Both the position numbers and the translations under genes were made by a program. The notes below the pieces were generated by a model. The model worked only from the letters and a program-made list of their open reading frames with translations, searched no databases and had not been told where the DNA came from. A stretch of 56,287 nucleotides of DNA from Geobacter sp. UBA5608. GTDB taxonomy: Bacteria; Desulfobacterota; Desulfuromonadia; Geobacterales; Pseudopelobacteraceae. Where the stretch lies: assembly GCA_002424705.1 (NCBI GenBank), contig DIKW01000033.1:1-56287 (forward strand), given 5' to 3'. Shown here one piece after another: positions 1 through 11,966 of this stretch (the first letter of the stretch is position 1; the number at the start of each line of letters is the position of its first letter).

Positions 1-53
1 TTCTTCAGGGCGAGGTCAAATGGTTCGTTTTCCCGAATCTTTACTCCCGGCAT
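1..53 (-). CDS. rpsU: 30S ribosomal protein S21 (5' part, runs off window)
   Basis: Reverse strand from ATG at 53 reads MPGVKIRENEPFDLALK, an S21-like N-terminus; GGAGGGAGG RBS at 62-70; not in the ORF track because it is truncated. Confidence 0.9.
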   Translation of the reverse strand, partial: MPGVKIRENEPFDLALK

Positions 54-139
54 CCATGATCCCTCCCTCCATCGTAAGATACGAAACGCTGACAGCTAGC
101 TGTCGCGAATGCCAAGGCGTATTTTTTTGTGAGTTTCAC

Positions 140-167
140 ATACTAGCAGCAGTTGGCCAGATGTCAA
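140..167 (-). promoter_or_regulatory. sigma70-type promoter for rpsU
   Basis: Minus strand TTGACA-16 bp-TAGTAT with a TG extended -10. Confidence 0.6.
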
Positions 168-189
168 CCTAAATAAAAGTGCAGGTCGG

Positions 190-516
190 TCAGGCCGTAC
201 GGGAGGCCTTTTCCTCTATTCCAGAGGTGCCAAAGCGACGCTCAAGCTCCTTCCAGACGGCATTGGCCGGAACATCGCGGGCTGCCAGGAGCACCAGCAG
301 ATGGTAGCAGAGGTCGGCCGCTTCGTAGGTCAGCTCGTCGTCCGTGCCCCCCTTGCCGGCGATCACCGTCTCGGTGGCCTCTTCGCCCAGCTTCTTAAGA
401 ATCTTGTCGATTCCCTTGGTCAGTAGTGAGGCGGTGTAGGAGCTGTCGGGCGAGGCGTCCTTGCGGGACAGGATCACCTGGTACAGAACATCGAGAACGT
501 GCGGATCACGCATCAT
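190..516 (-). CDS. hisE: phosphoribosyl-ATP diphosphatase
   Basis: SYTASLL..G..KILKKLGEEATE...EAADLCYHLLV motif; follows hisF. Confidence 0.95.
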   Translation of the reverse strand: MMRDPHVLDVLYQVILSRKDASPDSSYTASLLTKGIDKILKKLGEEATETVIAGKGGTDDELTYEAADLCYHLLVLLAARDVPANAVWKELERRFGTSGIEEKASRTA

Positions 517-517
517 A

Positions 518-1282
518 TCAGACCATCCTGACCGGGACGCCGCGTCCCTTGAGATACTGTTTGGCCTCGCCCACGGTGTGGTGGCGGAAGTGGAAGATGG
601 AGGCGGCCAGGCAGGCCGAGGCGCCGGCCGTGGTGAAGCCGTCGTAGAGGTGCTCCAGGGTGCCCACCCCGCCGGAGGCGATCACCGGGATCGAGACCGC
701 ATTCACCACCGCCCGGGTCAGGGCCAGGTCGTAGCCGTCCTTGGTGCCGTCGCGGTCCATACTGGTCAACAGAATCTCACCGGCCCCAAAGCGCTCCATC
801 CGGGAGGCCCATTCAACCACATCGATACCGGTTGGCGTGCGACCGCCGTGGGTGTAGATCTCCCAGCGCTGCTCCCCCGGCACCTGGCGGGCATCAATCG
901 CCACCACCGTACACTGGGAGCCGAACCGTTCGGCCGCCTCCTGTACGAACTCGGGGCGCTGCACCGCGGTGGTGTTGATCGATACCTTGTCGGCCCCGGC
1001 GTTGAGCATGCGGCGGATATCTTCAACCACCCGGATACCGCCGCCGACCGTGAGCGGCATGAAGACCCGTTCGGCGGTGCGGCGCACCACATCCACCATG
1101 GTGTCGCGGCCGTCGCTGGAGGCGGTGATGTCCAGGAAGGTCAGCTCGTCGGCCCCTTGCAGGTCATAGGCTTCGGCAATCTCCACTGGGTCGCCGGCAT
1201 CACGCAATTCAAGGAACTGGACACCTTTGACCACCCGGCCACCGGTTACATCCAGACAGGGGATGATACGACGGGTCAGCAT
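518..1282 (-). CDS. hisF: imidazole glycerol phosphate synthase cyclase subunit
   Basis: [41 protein letters not shown] motifs. Confidence 0.98.
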   Translation of the reverse strand: MLTRRIIPCLDVTGGRVVKGVQFLELRDAGDPVEIAEAYDLQGADELTFLDITASSDGRDTMVDVVRRTAERVFMPLTVGGGIRVVEDIRRMLNAGADKVSINTTAVQRPEFVQEAAERFGSQCTVVAIDARQVPGEQRWEIYTHGGRTPTGIDVVEWASRMERFGAGEILLTSMDRDGTKDGYDLALTRAVVNAVSIPVIASGGVGTLEHLYDGFTTAGASACLAASIFHFRHHTVGEAKQYLKGRGVPVRMV

Positions 1283-2013
1283 TGGAGGCCCCGTTTGGTG
1301 AGGGCGATCGCCTCGGCCAGGTCGATGGCGCCGGTGTAGATCGCCTTACCGGTAATGGCCCCGGTCACACCGCTCGTCTCGATGGCCATCAGGTTCTCGA
1401 TATCCTTGAGCGAGGAGACCCCGCCGGAGGCGATTACCGGGATCGAGATCGCTTCAGCCAATGATTTGGTGGCCTCGAGGTTGGGGCCGCCCATCATGCC
1501 GTCGCGGCTGATGTCGGTGTAGATGATGGCCGAAACGCCGCAGTCCTCGAACTTTTTAGCCAGATCAACCGCGGTGATGTCGGTCAGTTCGGCCCAACCC
1601 TGCACCGCCACCATACCGTTTTTAGCATCGATCCCCACCACGATCTGGCCGGGAAACTGCTGGCAGGCCTCGATCACCAGCGCGGGGTTACGCTGGGCGG
1701 CAGTGCCGATGATCACCCGTGACAGTCCTAGCGCGAGATAGGCCTCGATGGTAGCGATATCGCGAATACCGCCCCCCAGTTGGGCGGGGATAGTGATGGC
1801 CCGCAGAATTTCCTCGATGGCGGCCTTGTTTTTCGGCTGGCCGGCAAAGGCGCCATCCAGGTCCACCAGGTGCAGCAGCTCGGCGCCGGCCTGCTGCCAC
1901 GTGAGGGCCTGCTCGGCCGGGGTGTCGGAAAAGACGGTGTCGCGGTGCATCTCACCCTGCTCCAGGCGGACGCATTTGCCCTCTTTGAGGTCAATGGCGG
2001 GTATGACGATCAT
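1276..2013 (-). CDS. hisA: ProFAR isomerase
   Basis: [36 protein letters not shown] motifs. Confidence 0.97.
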   Translation of the reverse strand: MIVIPAIDLKEGKCVRLEQGEMHRDTVFSDTPAEQALTWQQAGAELLHLVDLDGAFAGQPKNKAAIEEILRAITIPAQLGGGIRDIATIEAYLALGLSRVIIGTAAQRNPALVIEACQQFPGQIVVGIDAKNGMVAVQGWAELTDITAVDLAKKFEDCGVSAIIYTDISRDGMMGGPNLEATKSLAEAISIPVIASGGVSSLKDIENLMAIETSGVTGAITGKAIYTGAIDLAEAIALTKRGLQC

Positions 2014-2014
2014 G

Positions 2015-2641
2015 CTAGCCTTTCATCTCGGCAAAATTGTTCAGCATCTGCAGGCCAATGGCCTGGGATTTTTCGGGGTGGAACTGGGTGGCCACCAGGT
2101 TGTCCTTGCGGATGGCAGCGCAGAACTCCAGGCCGTAGTTGCAGGTTGCCGCCACCACCGCCGCATCGTCCGGTTTGACATAATAGGAGTGGACGAAGTA
2201 GACGTTGCTCTGGTCGATTATGCCGTTAAACAGCGGCGACGGCGCCTTTAGACTGATCTGGTTCCAGCCCACGTGGGGCACCGGCAGTTTCTCGCCAGAC
2301 TCAGTCATCCCTTCGGGAAAGCGGACTACTCGACCGGGGATGACCCCCAACCCCTGGTGCAGGCCGAATTCTTCGCTTTCGGAAAACAGCAGCTGCAGGC
2401 CCAGGCAGATCCCCAGAAAGGGGCGACCCTCGGCGATGACCTTCAGGATCGGCTCCACAAAGCCGCCCTGTTCAAGGTTGCGGATGCAGTCGCGGAAGGC
2501 GCCCACGCCGGGCAGCACAACCCGCTCGGCCTGCAATACCTGCTGGGGATCGCTGGTGACCTGTGCCTCAAAGCCAACCCGCTCGAACGCCTTCTGAACC
2601 GAGCGCAGGTTGCCCATGCCGTAGTCGATGATGGCGATCAT
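2015..2641 (-). CDS. hisH: imidazole glycerol phosphate synthase glutaminase subunit
   Basis: [35 protein letters not shown]. Confidence 0.98.
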   Translation of the reverse strand: MIAIIDYGMGNLRSVQKAFERVGFEAQVTSDPQQVLQAERVVLPGVGAFRDCIRNLEQGGFVEPILKVIAEGRPFLGICLGLQLLFSESEEFGLHQGLGVIPGRVVRFPEGMTESGEKLPVPHVGWNQISLKAPSPLFNGIIDQSNVYFVHSYYVKPDDAAVVAATCNYGLEFCAAIRKDNLVATQFHPEKSQAIGLQMLNNFAEMKG

Positions 2642-4194
2642 TTGATGCCGTTCTTTTTAAGGTGCGGCGCGTAGCGCATGTCGGTGCCCTTGATATGCTT
2701 GATCAGCCAATCCTGCAGGAACTCGATCACGCTCTGGGTCAGCACCGCCTCGCCGCTGTTGAACTTGCCCTGCAGGCCAAGCACCTGCTCCACCAGCCGG
2801 GCATGCTCCTGCTTGTGGCTGGCCTCCTCCGGATAGCCGGTGCTGCGGAAGGCCTGCTCCTCGTGCCCGAAGTGGGAGCCGGTATACTCGATCAGGCGGG
2901 CCAGGATCTGTCCGATGGCCTCTTTGGTCCGTTTTTGCTGCATGGCGTCGTGCAGGTCGTTGACCATGTCGAACAGTTTGCGGTGCTGGCCGTCGATGCT
3001 GGCGATGCCGGTCTCGAAGCTGTTGTCCCAGGTCAGCGCCTTTGCCAGCCGGAAGTGGCCCACCAGCTTATGCAGCTCATCCACCTGTTGTTCCAGCTTG
3101 CGGGTAGCCTCGGTGGTGCTGCGGGAACTTTGTACGTTGCGGTCCACCACATCGGTGATCATCTGAATGTTGTTGGTGATCTCGTGGGTGGTGGCGGTCT
3201 GCTCTTCGGCGGCCGTGGCGATCTGGCTGACTTGCAGAGCCAGTTCATTGATCTTGTTGAGGATATCTTCAAGCGCTGAGCCGGAGCGGGCGGTCTCATC
3301 GGTGCCCCTTTTTACCTGCTCCACCCCTTCACCCATCGAGCCGACCGCCAATTGGGTCTCGGTCTGGATGGTCTTGATCATGCCGCCGATCTCACGGGTG
3401 GCCTTTGCGGTCCGCTCGGCCAGGGCGCGCACCTCGTCGGCCACCACGGCAAAACCGCGCCCCATCTCACCGGCCCGGGCCGCCTCGATGGCGGCGTTTA
3501 AGGCCAGCAGGTTGGTCTGGTCGGCGATATCCTCGATGGTGCCGGCAATGGCGCCGATCTGGTCGGAGCGTTGTCCCAGGCTTTCCACGGTGTGGGAGGA
3601 CTCAACCACCCGTTGGGCGATATTTTCCATTACCTGCGCACTGGAACGGACGATCTGCGCGCCGGCCGTGGTCTGCTCGGTGGCTGCCTGGGCATTCTCG
3701 GCAGCATACAGGCAGTTGCGGGCGATGTCGGCCGAGGTGGCGGCCATCTCCTCGCTGGCGGTGGCAATGGTGCCGGCCTGCTGCGCCACATCCTCGGCGG
3801 CCTCTACCATGGCGCTGGTGGTGTCGCTGACCATGGTCACCGAGTCCCGCACCAGATCAGCCACTGAAAAAAACTGGCGCATGGCCTTGTTCATGTCGCT
3901 CATCATTGTGTTGAAGGCGGCTGCCAAACGGCCGATCTCGCCGAAACCGCTGGTGGCCACCCGTACCGACAGGTCGCCCTGAGCGGCCTTTTCCATCGCC
4001 TCCACGATCCCGCTGAGCGGTTTGAAGGCCTGCTGGCACAGGTACCAGAGGACGGCTGAGGATCCAATCAGCAGCACCAGGCCGATCAGCAGGGCGTTCA
4101 ACAGGCTGCCGGTCTTGTTCAGCAGGGTCAGTACCAGCACGGCCAGGATAACGATGACGGCGTTTCCTGCAATGATGCGGCGTGTAAAGGACAT
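2638..4194 (-). CDS. methyl-accepting chemotaxis protein with C-terminal bacteriohemerythrin domain
   Basis: Two adjacent N-terminal TM helices, HAMP, MCP tip [34 protein letters not shown]; C-terminal hemerythrin ligands H (IDGQH), HxxxE (HFGHE), HxxxH (HKQEH), HxxxxD (HIKGTD). Confidence 0.93.
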   Translation of the reverse strand: MSFTRRIIAGNAVIVILAVLVLTLLNKTGSLLNALLIGLVLLIGSSAVLWYLCQQAFKPLSGIVEAMEKAAQGDLSVRVATSGFGEIGRLAAAFNTMMSDMNKAMRQFFSVADLVRDSVTMVSDTTSAMVEAAEDVAQQAGTIATASEEMAATSADIARNCLYAAENAQAATEQTTAGAQIVRSSAQVMENIAQRVVESSHTVESLGQRSDQIGAIAGTIEDIADQTNLLALNAAIEAARAGEMGRGFAVVADEVRALAERTAKATREIGGMIKTIQTETQLAVGSMGEGVEQVKRGTDETARSGSALEDILNKINELALQVSQIATAAEEQTATTHEITNNIQMITDVVDRNVQSSRSTTEATRKLEQQVDELHKLVGHFRLAKALTWDNSFETGIASIDGQHRKLFDMVNDLHDAMQQKRTKEAIGQILARLIEYTGSHFGHEEQAFRSTGYPEEASHKQEHARLVEQVLGLQGKFNSGEAVLTQSVIEFLQDWLIKHIKGTDMRYAPHLKKNGIK

Positions 4195-4231
4195 GGTCTA
4201 TTCTCCTCAGTCGCGTGGGTTGCTGTGTCGT

Positions 4232-6295
4232 TTACCCCGAAAGTTTCGCAAAGTCGGCGATCCGGCCGAAAAGGCGGCTGATGGCGGTCAACAGTGCCAA
4301 GCGGTTGGTACGTATTTTTTCGTCTTCGGCCATGACCATCACTGCATCAAAGAAGCCATCTACCGCCCACTTGACGGCGGCAATCTCGGCCAACGCTTCA
4401 AGATAGGCCTGCCGGGCGGTTTCCGCCTCGGCCTTGACCTTGGCTTCCTGGAATGCCTTATACAGGGTGTGCTCAGCCTCGTCCTGGAACAATGAGGGTT
4501 CCACCGGCGCGTCAACACCGTCCTTAACGATGTTGCAGACCCGCTTGAAGGCGGCGGTCAGGGCTTGGTAGTCCTCCCGCTGCCGGAAGGCGGCCAGGGC
4601 CGTGACCCGTGCGGCTACATCGGCCAGATCGTCAAAGCCGGCCGTAATGGCGGCCTCCACCACATCGGTCGGGTGGTCGTTGGCCAGCAGGTTCACCAAG
4701 CGGCCGCGGAAAAAGTCCAGCACATCTTTTTGTACCTCGGCCTGGGGACGGTTCAATTTGGCCGACAGCTGGTTCAGGGCGTTGTCTACCAACGTCTCCA
4801 GCGAGAGCCGGTAGCCCTTGTCAACGATGATGCTGATGATGCCGATGGTGGCCCGTCGCAGGGCATAGGGGTCGGCGGCGCCGGTGGGGATCAGGCCTAC
4901 CCCGAAGCAGCCGCAGATCGTGTCCAGTTTGTCGGCCAGCGAGACAAAGGCCCCGGCATCGGAGGCCGGCAGCTCCCCGCCGGCCTGGGTGGGCAGGTAG
5001 TGCTCGGCAATGGCCTGGGCCACGGCCGGCTCTTCGCCGTCGTGCAGCGCATATTCGCGGCCCATGATCCCCTGCACCTCAGGGAACTCACCCACCATGC
5101 CGGAGACCAGATCGGCCTTGCAGAGCAGGGCAGCCCGGCTGGCCTGGGACTTGACGCTGGGATTGAGCTGTTCGGCCAAAAGTTCGGCCAGTGCCCTGAA
5201 GCGTTCCATCTTTTCAAAGGAGGTGCCCAGCTTCTGTTGGTAGACCACGTTTTTCAGGCCCTCAATCCTGCTGGCCAGGGTCACCTTGCGGTCTTCGTCA
5301 AAGAAGAAGCGGGCGTCTGACAGGCGGGCCCGCAAAACTCTTTCATTCCCCTTCACCACCACGTTCGGGTCTTCGGCCAGCGTGTTCGGTACGGTGATGA
5401 AGTAGGGCAGCAGCTTGCCGGCCTCGTCCACCACCGAGAAATAGCGCTGGTGGGAACGCATCGAGGTGATCAGCACCTCCTTGGGCACCACCAGAAACTC
5501 GGCCGGGATGGAGCCGACAATGGCGCTGGGGTACTCCACCAGGAAGGTAACCTCATCCAAGAGCGCCTCATCCGGTAGCAGGTGGCCGCCGGTGGTCTTG
5601 GCCACCCGGTGGATCTCCTTGCGAATGATCTCCTGGCGGCGCTCAGGGTCTACGATCACAAAGTGGCGTTCACACTCTTCCAGATAATGGCTGAAATCCC
5701 GCACCGGGAAGGTCTGGTTGGCCATGAAGCGGTGGCCGCGAGAGACGTTGCCGCTGCTGATCGGCCCAAACGAAAAGGGGATCACACTGCCGTCGAACAG
5801 AGCCACCATCCAGTGGACCGGCCGGGCAAAGCGGATATCCAGATCTGCCCAGCGCATCGATTTTTTGAACGGTATGGCCGCCACCAGTTTCGGCAGCAGC
5901 TCGGCCAGCAGTTCGTGGGTGGGGCGTCCCCGTTCCTGTTTGGTCACCGAGAGGTACTCGCCCTTGTCGGTCTCCACGATCGTGAGTTCGCTGACTGACA
6001 CGCCGTGCCCCTTGGCAAAGCCCTCGGCTGCCTTGGTGGGGCTGCCGTCCGGGGTAAAGGCGGCCTTTTTCGACGGCCCCATGGCGGTGATCTCCGCGTC
6101 GGGCTGCATCGTCGGCAGTCCCTGTACCACCAGGGTCAGACGGCGCGGGGTGCCGACGGTCTTGATCAGGCTATAGTCAAGGCGGGCAGCGGCCAATTCC
6201 TTGGCGATCATCTCCTCCATAGCGGCCAGCGCCTTAGGCACAAACCCGGCCGGAATCTCCTCGGCCCCGATCTCAAGCAACAGTTCCTTAGCCAT
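4232..6295 (-). CDS. glyS: glycine--tRNA ligase beta subunit
   Basis: LLLEIGAEEIP, TPRRL, F.RPVHW, GNERVLRARLSDA.FF, EFPEVQG.MG, DPYALRR. Confidence 0.98.
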   Translation of the reverse strand: MAKELLLEIGAEEIPAGFVPKALAAMEEMIAKELAAARLDYSLIKTVGTPRRLTLVVQGLPTMQPDAEITAMGPSKKAAFTPDGSPTKAAEGFAKGHGVSVSELTIVETDKGEYLSVTKQERGRPTHELLAELLPKLVAAIPFKKSMRWADLDIRFARPVHWMVALFDGSVIPFSFGPISSGNVSRGHRFMANQTFPVRDFSHYLEECERHFVIVDPERRQEIIRKEIHRVAKTTGGHLLPDEALLDEVTFLVEYPSAIVGSIPAEFLVVPKEVLITSMRSHQRYFSVVDEAGKLLPYFITVPNTLAEDPNVVVKGNERVLRARLSDARFFFDEDRKVTLASRIEGLKNVVYQQKLGTSFEKMERFRALAELLAEQLNPSVKSQASRAALLCKADLVSGMVGEFPEVQGIMGREYALHDGEEPAVAQAIAEHYLPTQAGGELPASDAGAFVSLADKLDTICGCFGVGLIPTGAADPYALRRATIGIISIIVDKGYRLSLETLVDNALNQLSAKLNRPQAEVQKDVLDFFRGRLVNLLANDHPTDVVEAAITAGFDDLADVAARVTALAAFRQREDYQALTAAFKRVCNIVKDGVDAPVEPSLFQDEAEHTLYKAFQEAKVKAEAETARQAYLEALAEIAAVKWAVDGFFDAVMVMAEDEKIRTNRLALLTAISRLFGRIADFAKLSG

Positions 6296-6298
6296 CTG

Positions 6299-7174
<876 letters not shown>

Positions 7175-7211
7175 GGTGTACCTCCGTGCTGGTAAAATCA
7201 AAAAGTTAGAA

Positions 7212-7241
7212 AGAATAACAGGGGATATGGCAGATGGTCAA
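7212..7241 (-). promoter_or_regulatory. sigma70-type promoter for glyQS operon
   Basis: Minus strand TTGACC-18 bp-TATTCT with TG extension. Confidence 0.5.
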
Positions 7242-7276
7242 GAGTGCAACGCTGTGGCCGGCCTGTGCTGCAGTTT

Positions 7277-8194
7277 TTAGGGCGGGCAGTTGGCGCACAT
7301 CGATTTGAACAGGTTGGTGCTGAGATAACGGTCGCCCCGGTCAGGGATGATTACCACGAGGGTCCCCTCGCTCAGCTCCTGGGCCAACCGGAAGGCGCCG
7401 GCCATGGCGGCGCCGCCGGACATGCCGCAGAAGATCCCTTCGTGTGCCGCCAGCTGGCGGGCGGTTTCAAAGGCGGTCTCGTCATCGATCACGATCTTGC
7501 GGTGCAGGTTTTCTTCGTGATAGATGGCCGGCACGATCGCCTCGCGCATGTTTTTCAGGCCCTGGATGGCATGGCCCAGGTTCGGCTCGATACCGACCAC
7601 CTGGGCAGCCGGGGCCAGTTTTTTCAGGCAGGCGGAGGTGCCCATCAGGGTGCCGCCGGTGCCCATGCCGGCCACCAGATGGGTCAATGTTCCTGCAGTC
7701 TGTGCCACGATCTCCGGTCCGGTGGTCAACTCATGGGCCAGGGGGTTGTTGGGATTGTCGTACTGGTTTGGCATGTAATAGCGCCCCGGATCTTCGTTGT
7801 AAATCTTGTGGGCCAGCCGGATGGCGCCATCGGTCTTCTCACAGCCGGGAGAGAGCAGTATCTCGGCGCCGTATGCCTCCAGGATACTGCGGCGCTCCTG
7901 GCTGACGCAGGCCGGCATGGCCAGCTTGATCCGGTAGCCCCGGGCCGAGGCGATCATGGCCAGGGCGATGCCGGTATTGCCCGAGGTCGGCTCCAGGATC
8001 ACCTTGTCCCGGGTCAGTTCACCGGATGCCTCGGCCGCCAGGATCATCTGGCGGGCCGGACGGTCCTTGACCGAACCGCCAGGGTTGTTGCCTTCCAGTT
8101 TTGCCAGGATGGTGACCTTGGGATTAGGGTTGCTGCTGCTGATGGTGACCAGTGGGGTGTTGCCGATGGCATTCAGGAGAGACTGTCCGAGCAC
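7277..8194 (-). CDS. cysM: cysteine synthase (O-acetylserine sulfhydrylase, CysM/CysK family)
   Basis: IGNTPLV, KLEG.NPGGSVKDR (PLP Lys), PTSGNTG, GMGTGGT, HAIQGL; CANCPP C-terminus. Confidence 0.88.
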   Translation of the reverse strand: MLGQSLLNAIGNTPLVTISSSNPNPKVTILAKLEGNNPGGSVKDRPARQMILAAEASGELTRDKVILEPTSGNTGIALAMIASARGYRIKLAMPACVSQERRSILEAYGAEILLSPGCEKTDGAIRLAHKIYNEDPGRYYMPNQYDNPNNPLAHELTTGPEIVAQTAGTLTHLVAGMGTGGTLMGTSACLKKLAPAAQVVGIEPNLGHAIQGLKNMREAIVPAIYHEENLHRKIVIDDETAFETARQLAAHEGIFCGMSGGAAMAGAFRLAQELSEGTLVVIIPDRGDRYLSTNLFKSMCANCPP

Positions 8195-8247
8195 GGATGA
8201 TACCTGCCTTGTAAATGGGCTATTGGCCGCTGTTTGCGGCAGTTCCC

Positions 8248-8276
8248 TTTATAGCTGTTCATACTGGGGGGGTCAA
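8248..8276 (-). promoter_or_regulatory. sigma70-type promoter for cysM
   Basis: Minus strand TTGACC-17 bp-TATAAA. Confidence 0.6.
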
Positions 8277-8585
8277 GGAGTTATCGGGTTAACGGCTTGT
8301 TGTTGCATCACTTTCCTGTTGACAGCGCTCCCCGGTTTGTGTTTTAGGTTGAATGCATGTAGATGATGTTACCGTCCACCCCGGCCTTCATTCCACTGTT
8401 ACATTCCCAGTTAGACATCCGTGATTACTGTTAGATGCTTGATCTTTCACTGTGCTTAGCACACAGACACACGATCTGGAAAAAAGACCTCCGGGTGCTT
8501 CCGGCAGGTGTGAAATCTGGTCTTCGATCTGATTTCCGGCTGCCCATGTCCCCATTCTAATCCCACCAGTAGGAGAAGCCTTGCC

Positions 8586-9833
<1,248 letters not shown>

Positions 9834-9931
9834 CAAGAAAAAGCTTGAATTTTTTTGCTGATATCCGATAGAGTGAACTTTCGCCACAACACAGCTTTAT
9901 AGAGACGAGCTGAAAAAGAGGAGGAGCAGCA

Positions 9932-10132
9932 ATGAAAGAAGGAATTCACCCCGCTTACGCCGAGATCACCGTGAAATGCGCCTGTGGTCACAGCTTCCAG
10001 ACCCGTTCCACCCGTAAAGAGATCTTTACTGAAATCTGCTCCGCCTGCCACCCCTTCTTCACCGGCAAGCAGAAGCTGGTGGATACCGCCGGTCGCGTCG
10101 AGCGGTTCAAGAAGCGTTACGGCCAGGCCTAA
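9932..10132 (+). CDS. rpmE: 50S ribosomal protein L31 (Zn-binding CxC/CxxC type)
   Basis: [34 protein letters not shown]. Confidence 0.98.
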   Translation: MKEGIHPAYAEITVKCACGHSFQTRSTRKEIFTEICSACHPFFTGKQKLVDTAGRVERFKKRYGQA

Positions 10133-10152
10133 CGTCCACGTGTAGGGTATTG

Positions 10153-10187
10153 AGGGGGGTGCTCCGTACAGGTGCAGCCCCCTTTTT
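10153..10187 (+). terminator. possible intrinsic terminator after rpmE
   Basis: Imperfect G-rich/C-rich stem followed by TTTTT. Confidence 0.45.
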
Positions 10188-10195
10188 GCATCCAA

Positions 10196-10318
10196 GCCAA
10201 TTCCAACTCATGGCGTTCTCCGCGTTGGCTTCGTTATCGGCTCCTCAACGTACTGCCACAGTACGTCTGCGTCGCCTCTGCCTCGCCGTCTTGATAGCAT
10301 CCTTGATTTGAAATCGGC
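10196..10318. repeat. nested-hairpin intergenic repeat, copy A
   Basis: Outer imperfect IR GCCAATTCCAACTCA/TGATTTGAAATCGGC; core CTCAACGTAC-TGCCACA-GTACGTCTGCG shared with 14418, 42158 and 42286. Confidence 0.8.
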
Positions 10319-10334
10319 ACGATGTGGGGATTGT

Positions 10335-11027
10335 ATGAACATCGAACTGTTGCAATACACCGCTGATCCGGAACGGACCGTGGCCCTGGCGGCCAGGCTC
10401 TGCTACTCGCCGGCCGACCTGGAAGAGTTGCGGACCAGGATTGACAGTGGCGACTGCGCGGCTTTTATCGACAAGATCATGTCGCTGGGACACCACTCGG
10501 TGCTGGAACACGCCTCCTTCACCTTCGGCATCGAGGGGATCTCGCGGGTCACCAGTCACCAGCTGGTCAGGCACCGGGTGGCCTCCTATTCCCAGCAGTC
10601 GCAGCGTTACGTCTCCCACGTCGAGCGCTTTGCCGCCGTGTTGCCGCCGGCCGTGGCGGCCGATGACGAGGCCAAACGGATCTTCGAGTTCACCACCGGG
10701 GTGGTGCACCAGGCCTACAAGCAGCTGGTGGAGATGGGGATTGCGCCTGAAGATGCCCGCTACCTATTGCCCAATGCCACCGAGACCAAGATCATCATGA
10801 CCATGAACGCCCGCGAGCTGCTGCACTTCTTTCGGCTGCGCTGCTGTGAGCGAGCACAGTGGGAGATCCGCTCCATGGCGGTGGGGATGCTCAAGCTGGT
10901 CAAGCAGATCGCCCCGACCATCTTCCGTGACGCCGGCCCCGGCTGTGTGCCCGGTCCCTGCCCGGAGGGTGAGTTCTGTTGCGGCCGTACGGCCGAGGTT
11001 CGTAAGCAGTTCAGGAGTCTGACCTAA
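10335..11027 (+). CDS. thyX: FAD-dependent thymidylate synthase
   Basis: GHHSVLEH, SR..SHQLVRHR.ASYSQQSQRY, EDARY.LP, AQWEIR; start set at ATG 10335. Confidence 0.97.
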   Translation: MNIELLQYTADPERTVALAARLCYSPADLEELRTRIDSGDCAAFIDKIMSLGHHSVLEHASFTFGIEGISRVTSHQLVRHRVASYSQQSQRYVSHVERFAAVLPPAVAADDEAKRIFEFTTGVVHQAYKQLVEMGIAPEDARYLLPNATETKIIMTMNARELLHFFRLRCCERAQWEIRSMAVGMLKLVKQIAPTIFRDAGPGCVPGPCPEGEFCCGRTAEVRKQFRSLT

Positions 11028-11954
11028 ATGGAAAAGATCAATATCGGCGGTCAGGCGGTGCTGGAAGGGGTGATGATGCGCGCCCCCCGGGCTATGGCCA
11101 TTGCCGTGCGCCGTCCCAGTGGTGAGATCGTCATCAAGCGCGAGCAGACGCCGCCCCTGTCGGAGCGCTTTCCGATCGTCAAGCTGCCGCTTTTGCGTGG
11201 TGCCGTGGCCCTGGTCACCTCGTTGATCATCGGCATCAAGGCCCTCAATTTCTCGGCCAACGAGGCGTTGGTGGAGGAGGAAGGCGCCGATGGTCAGGAA
11301 GCCAAGCAGGAAGAGCTTTCCTCCTGGGCATTGGCCGGCACCATGGTGGTGGCCTTTGGCTTCGGTATCGCCCTGTTCTTCGTGCTGCCGCTCTACCTGA
11401 CCAAGCTGCTGGTCCCGGTGATCGGTGACAACAACATCATCTTCAACCTGGTGGACGGCCTGATTCGGGTGGTGGTGTTCCTGCTCTACATCTGGTCCAT
11501 CGCCAAGATGAAGGATATCGAGCGGGTCTTTCAGTACCACGGCGCCGAGCATAAGACGATCTATGCCTTCGAAGAGGGGGCCGAGCTGACCCTGGAGAAC
11601 GTCAAGCGTTTCAGCCGGCTGCACCCCCGCTGCGGCACCAGCTTTCTGCTGATCGTGATGCTGGTCAGCATCGCCGTCTTTTCGCTGATCCCCAAGGCCT
11701 GGCCGTTTGTCTGGAAGGCCCTCTCGCGGGTGGTGCTGCTGCCGCTGATCGCCGGCATCTCTTACGAGTTCCTGAAGTGGAGCGCCAAGCATGACCAGCA
11801 TCCGCTGGTGAAGCTGGTGATCGCCCCTGGTCTGGCCCTGCAACGCCTGACCACCCGCGAGCCGGATGACGCCCAGCTGGAGGTGGCGATTTGTTCAGTC
11901 AAGGAAGCATTAGACGAAAATGGCGGCTATAGTGATGACCGCATCGTGGTGTAA
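11028..11954 (+). CDS. DUF1385 family membrane protein (putative metal-dependent enzyme)
   Basis: IGGQAVLEGVMM, FQYHGAEHK, HPRCGTSF, LQRLTTREP; usual position before prfA. Confidence 0.9.
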   Translation: MEKINIGGQAVLEGVMMRAPRAMAIAVRRPSGEIVIKREQTPPLSERFPIVKLPLLRGAVALVTSLIIGIKALNFSANEALVEEEGADGQEAKQEELSSWALAGTMVVAFGFGIALFFVLPLYLTKLLVPVIGDNNIIFNLVDGLIRVVVFLLYIWSIAKMKDIERVFQYHGAEHKTIYAFEEGAELTLENVKRFSRLHPRCGTSFLLIVMLVSIAVFSLIPKAWPFVWKALSRVVLLPLIAGISYEFLKWSAKHDQHPLVKLVIAPGLALQRLTTREPDDAQLEVAICSVKEALDENGGYSDDRIVV

Positions 11955-11966
11955 GGAATAGAGAGC

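Noticed and set aside
7244-8200. Long opposite-strand ORFs (e.g. 7244-8200 +, 10764-11843 -, 19722-20891 -, 23592-25001 -, 43416-44621 +, 45521-47119 -, 51366-52823 -)
   Set aside because: Each mirrors a well-supported gene on the other strand; they are typical GC-rich shadow ORFs with no recognisable motifs.
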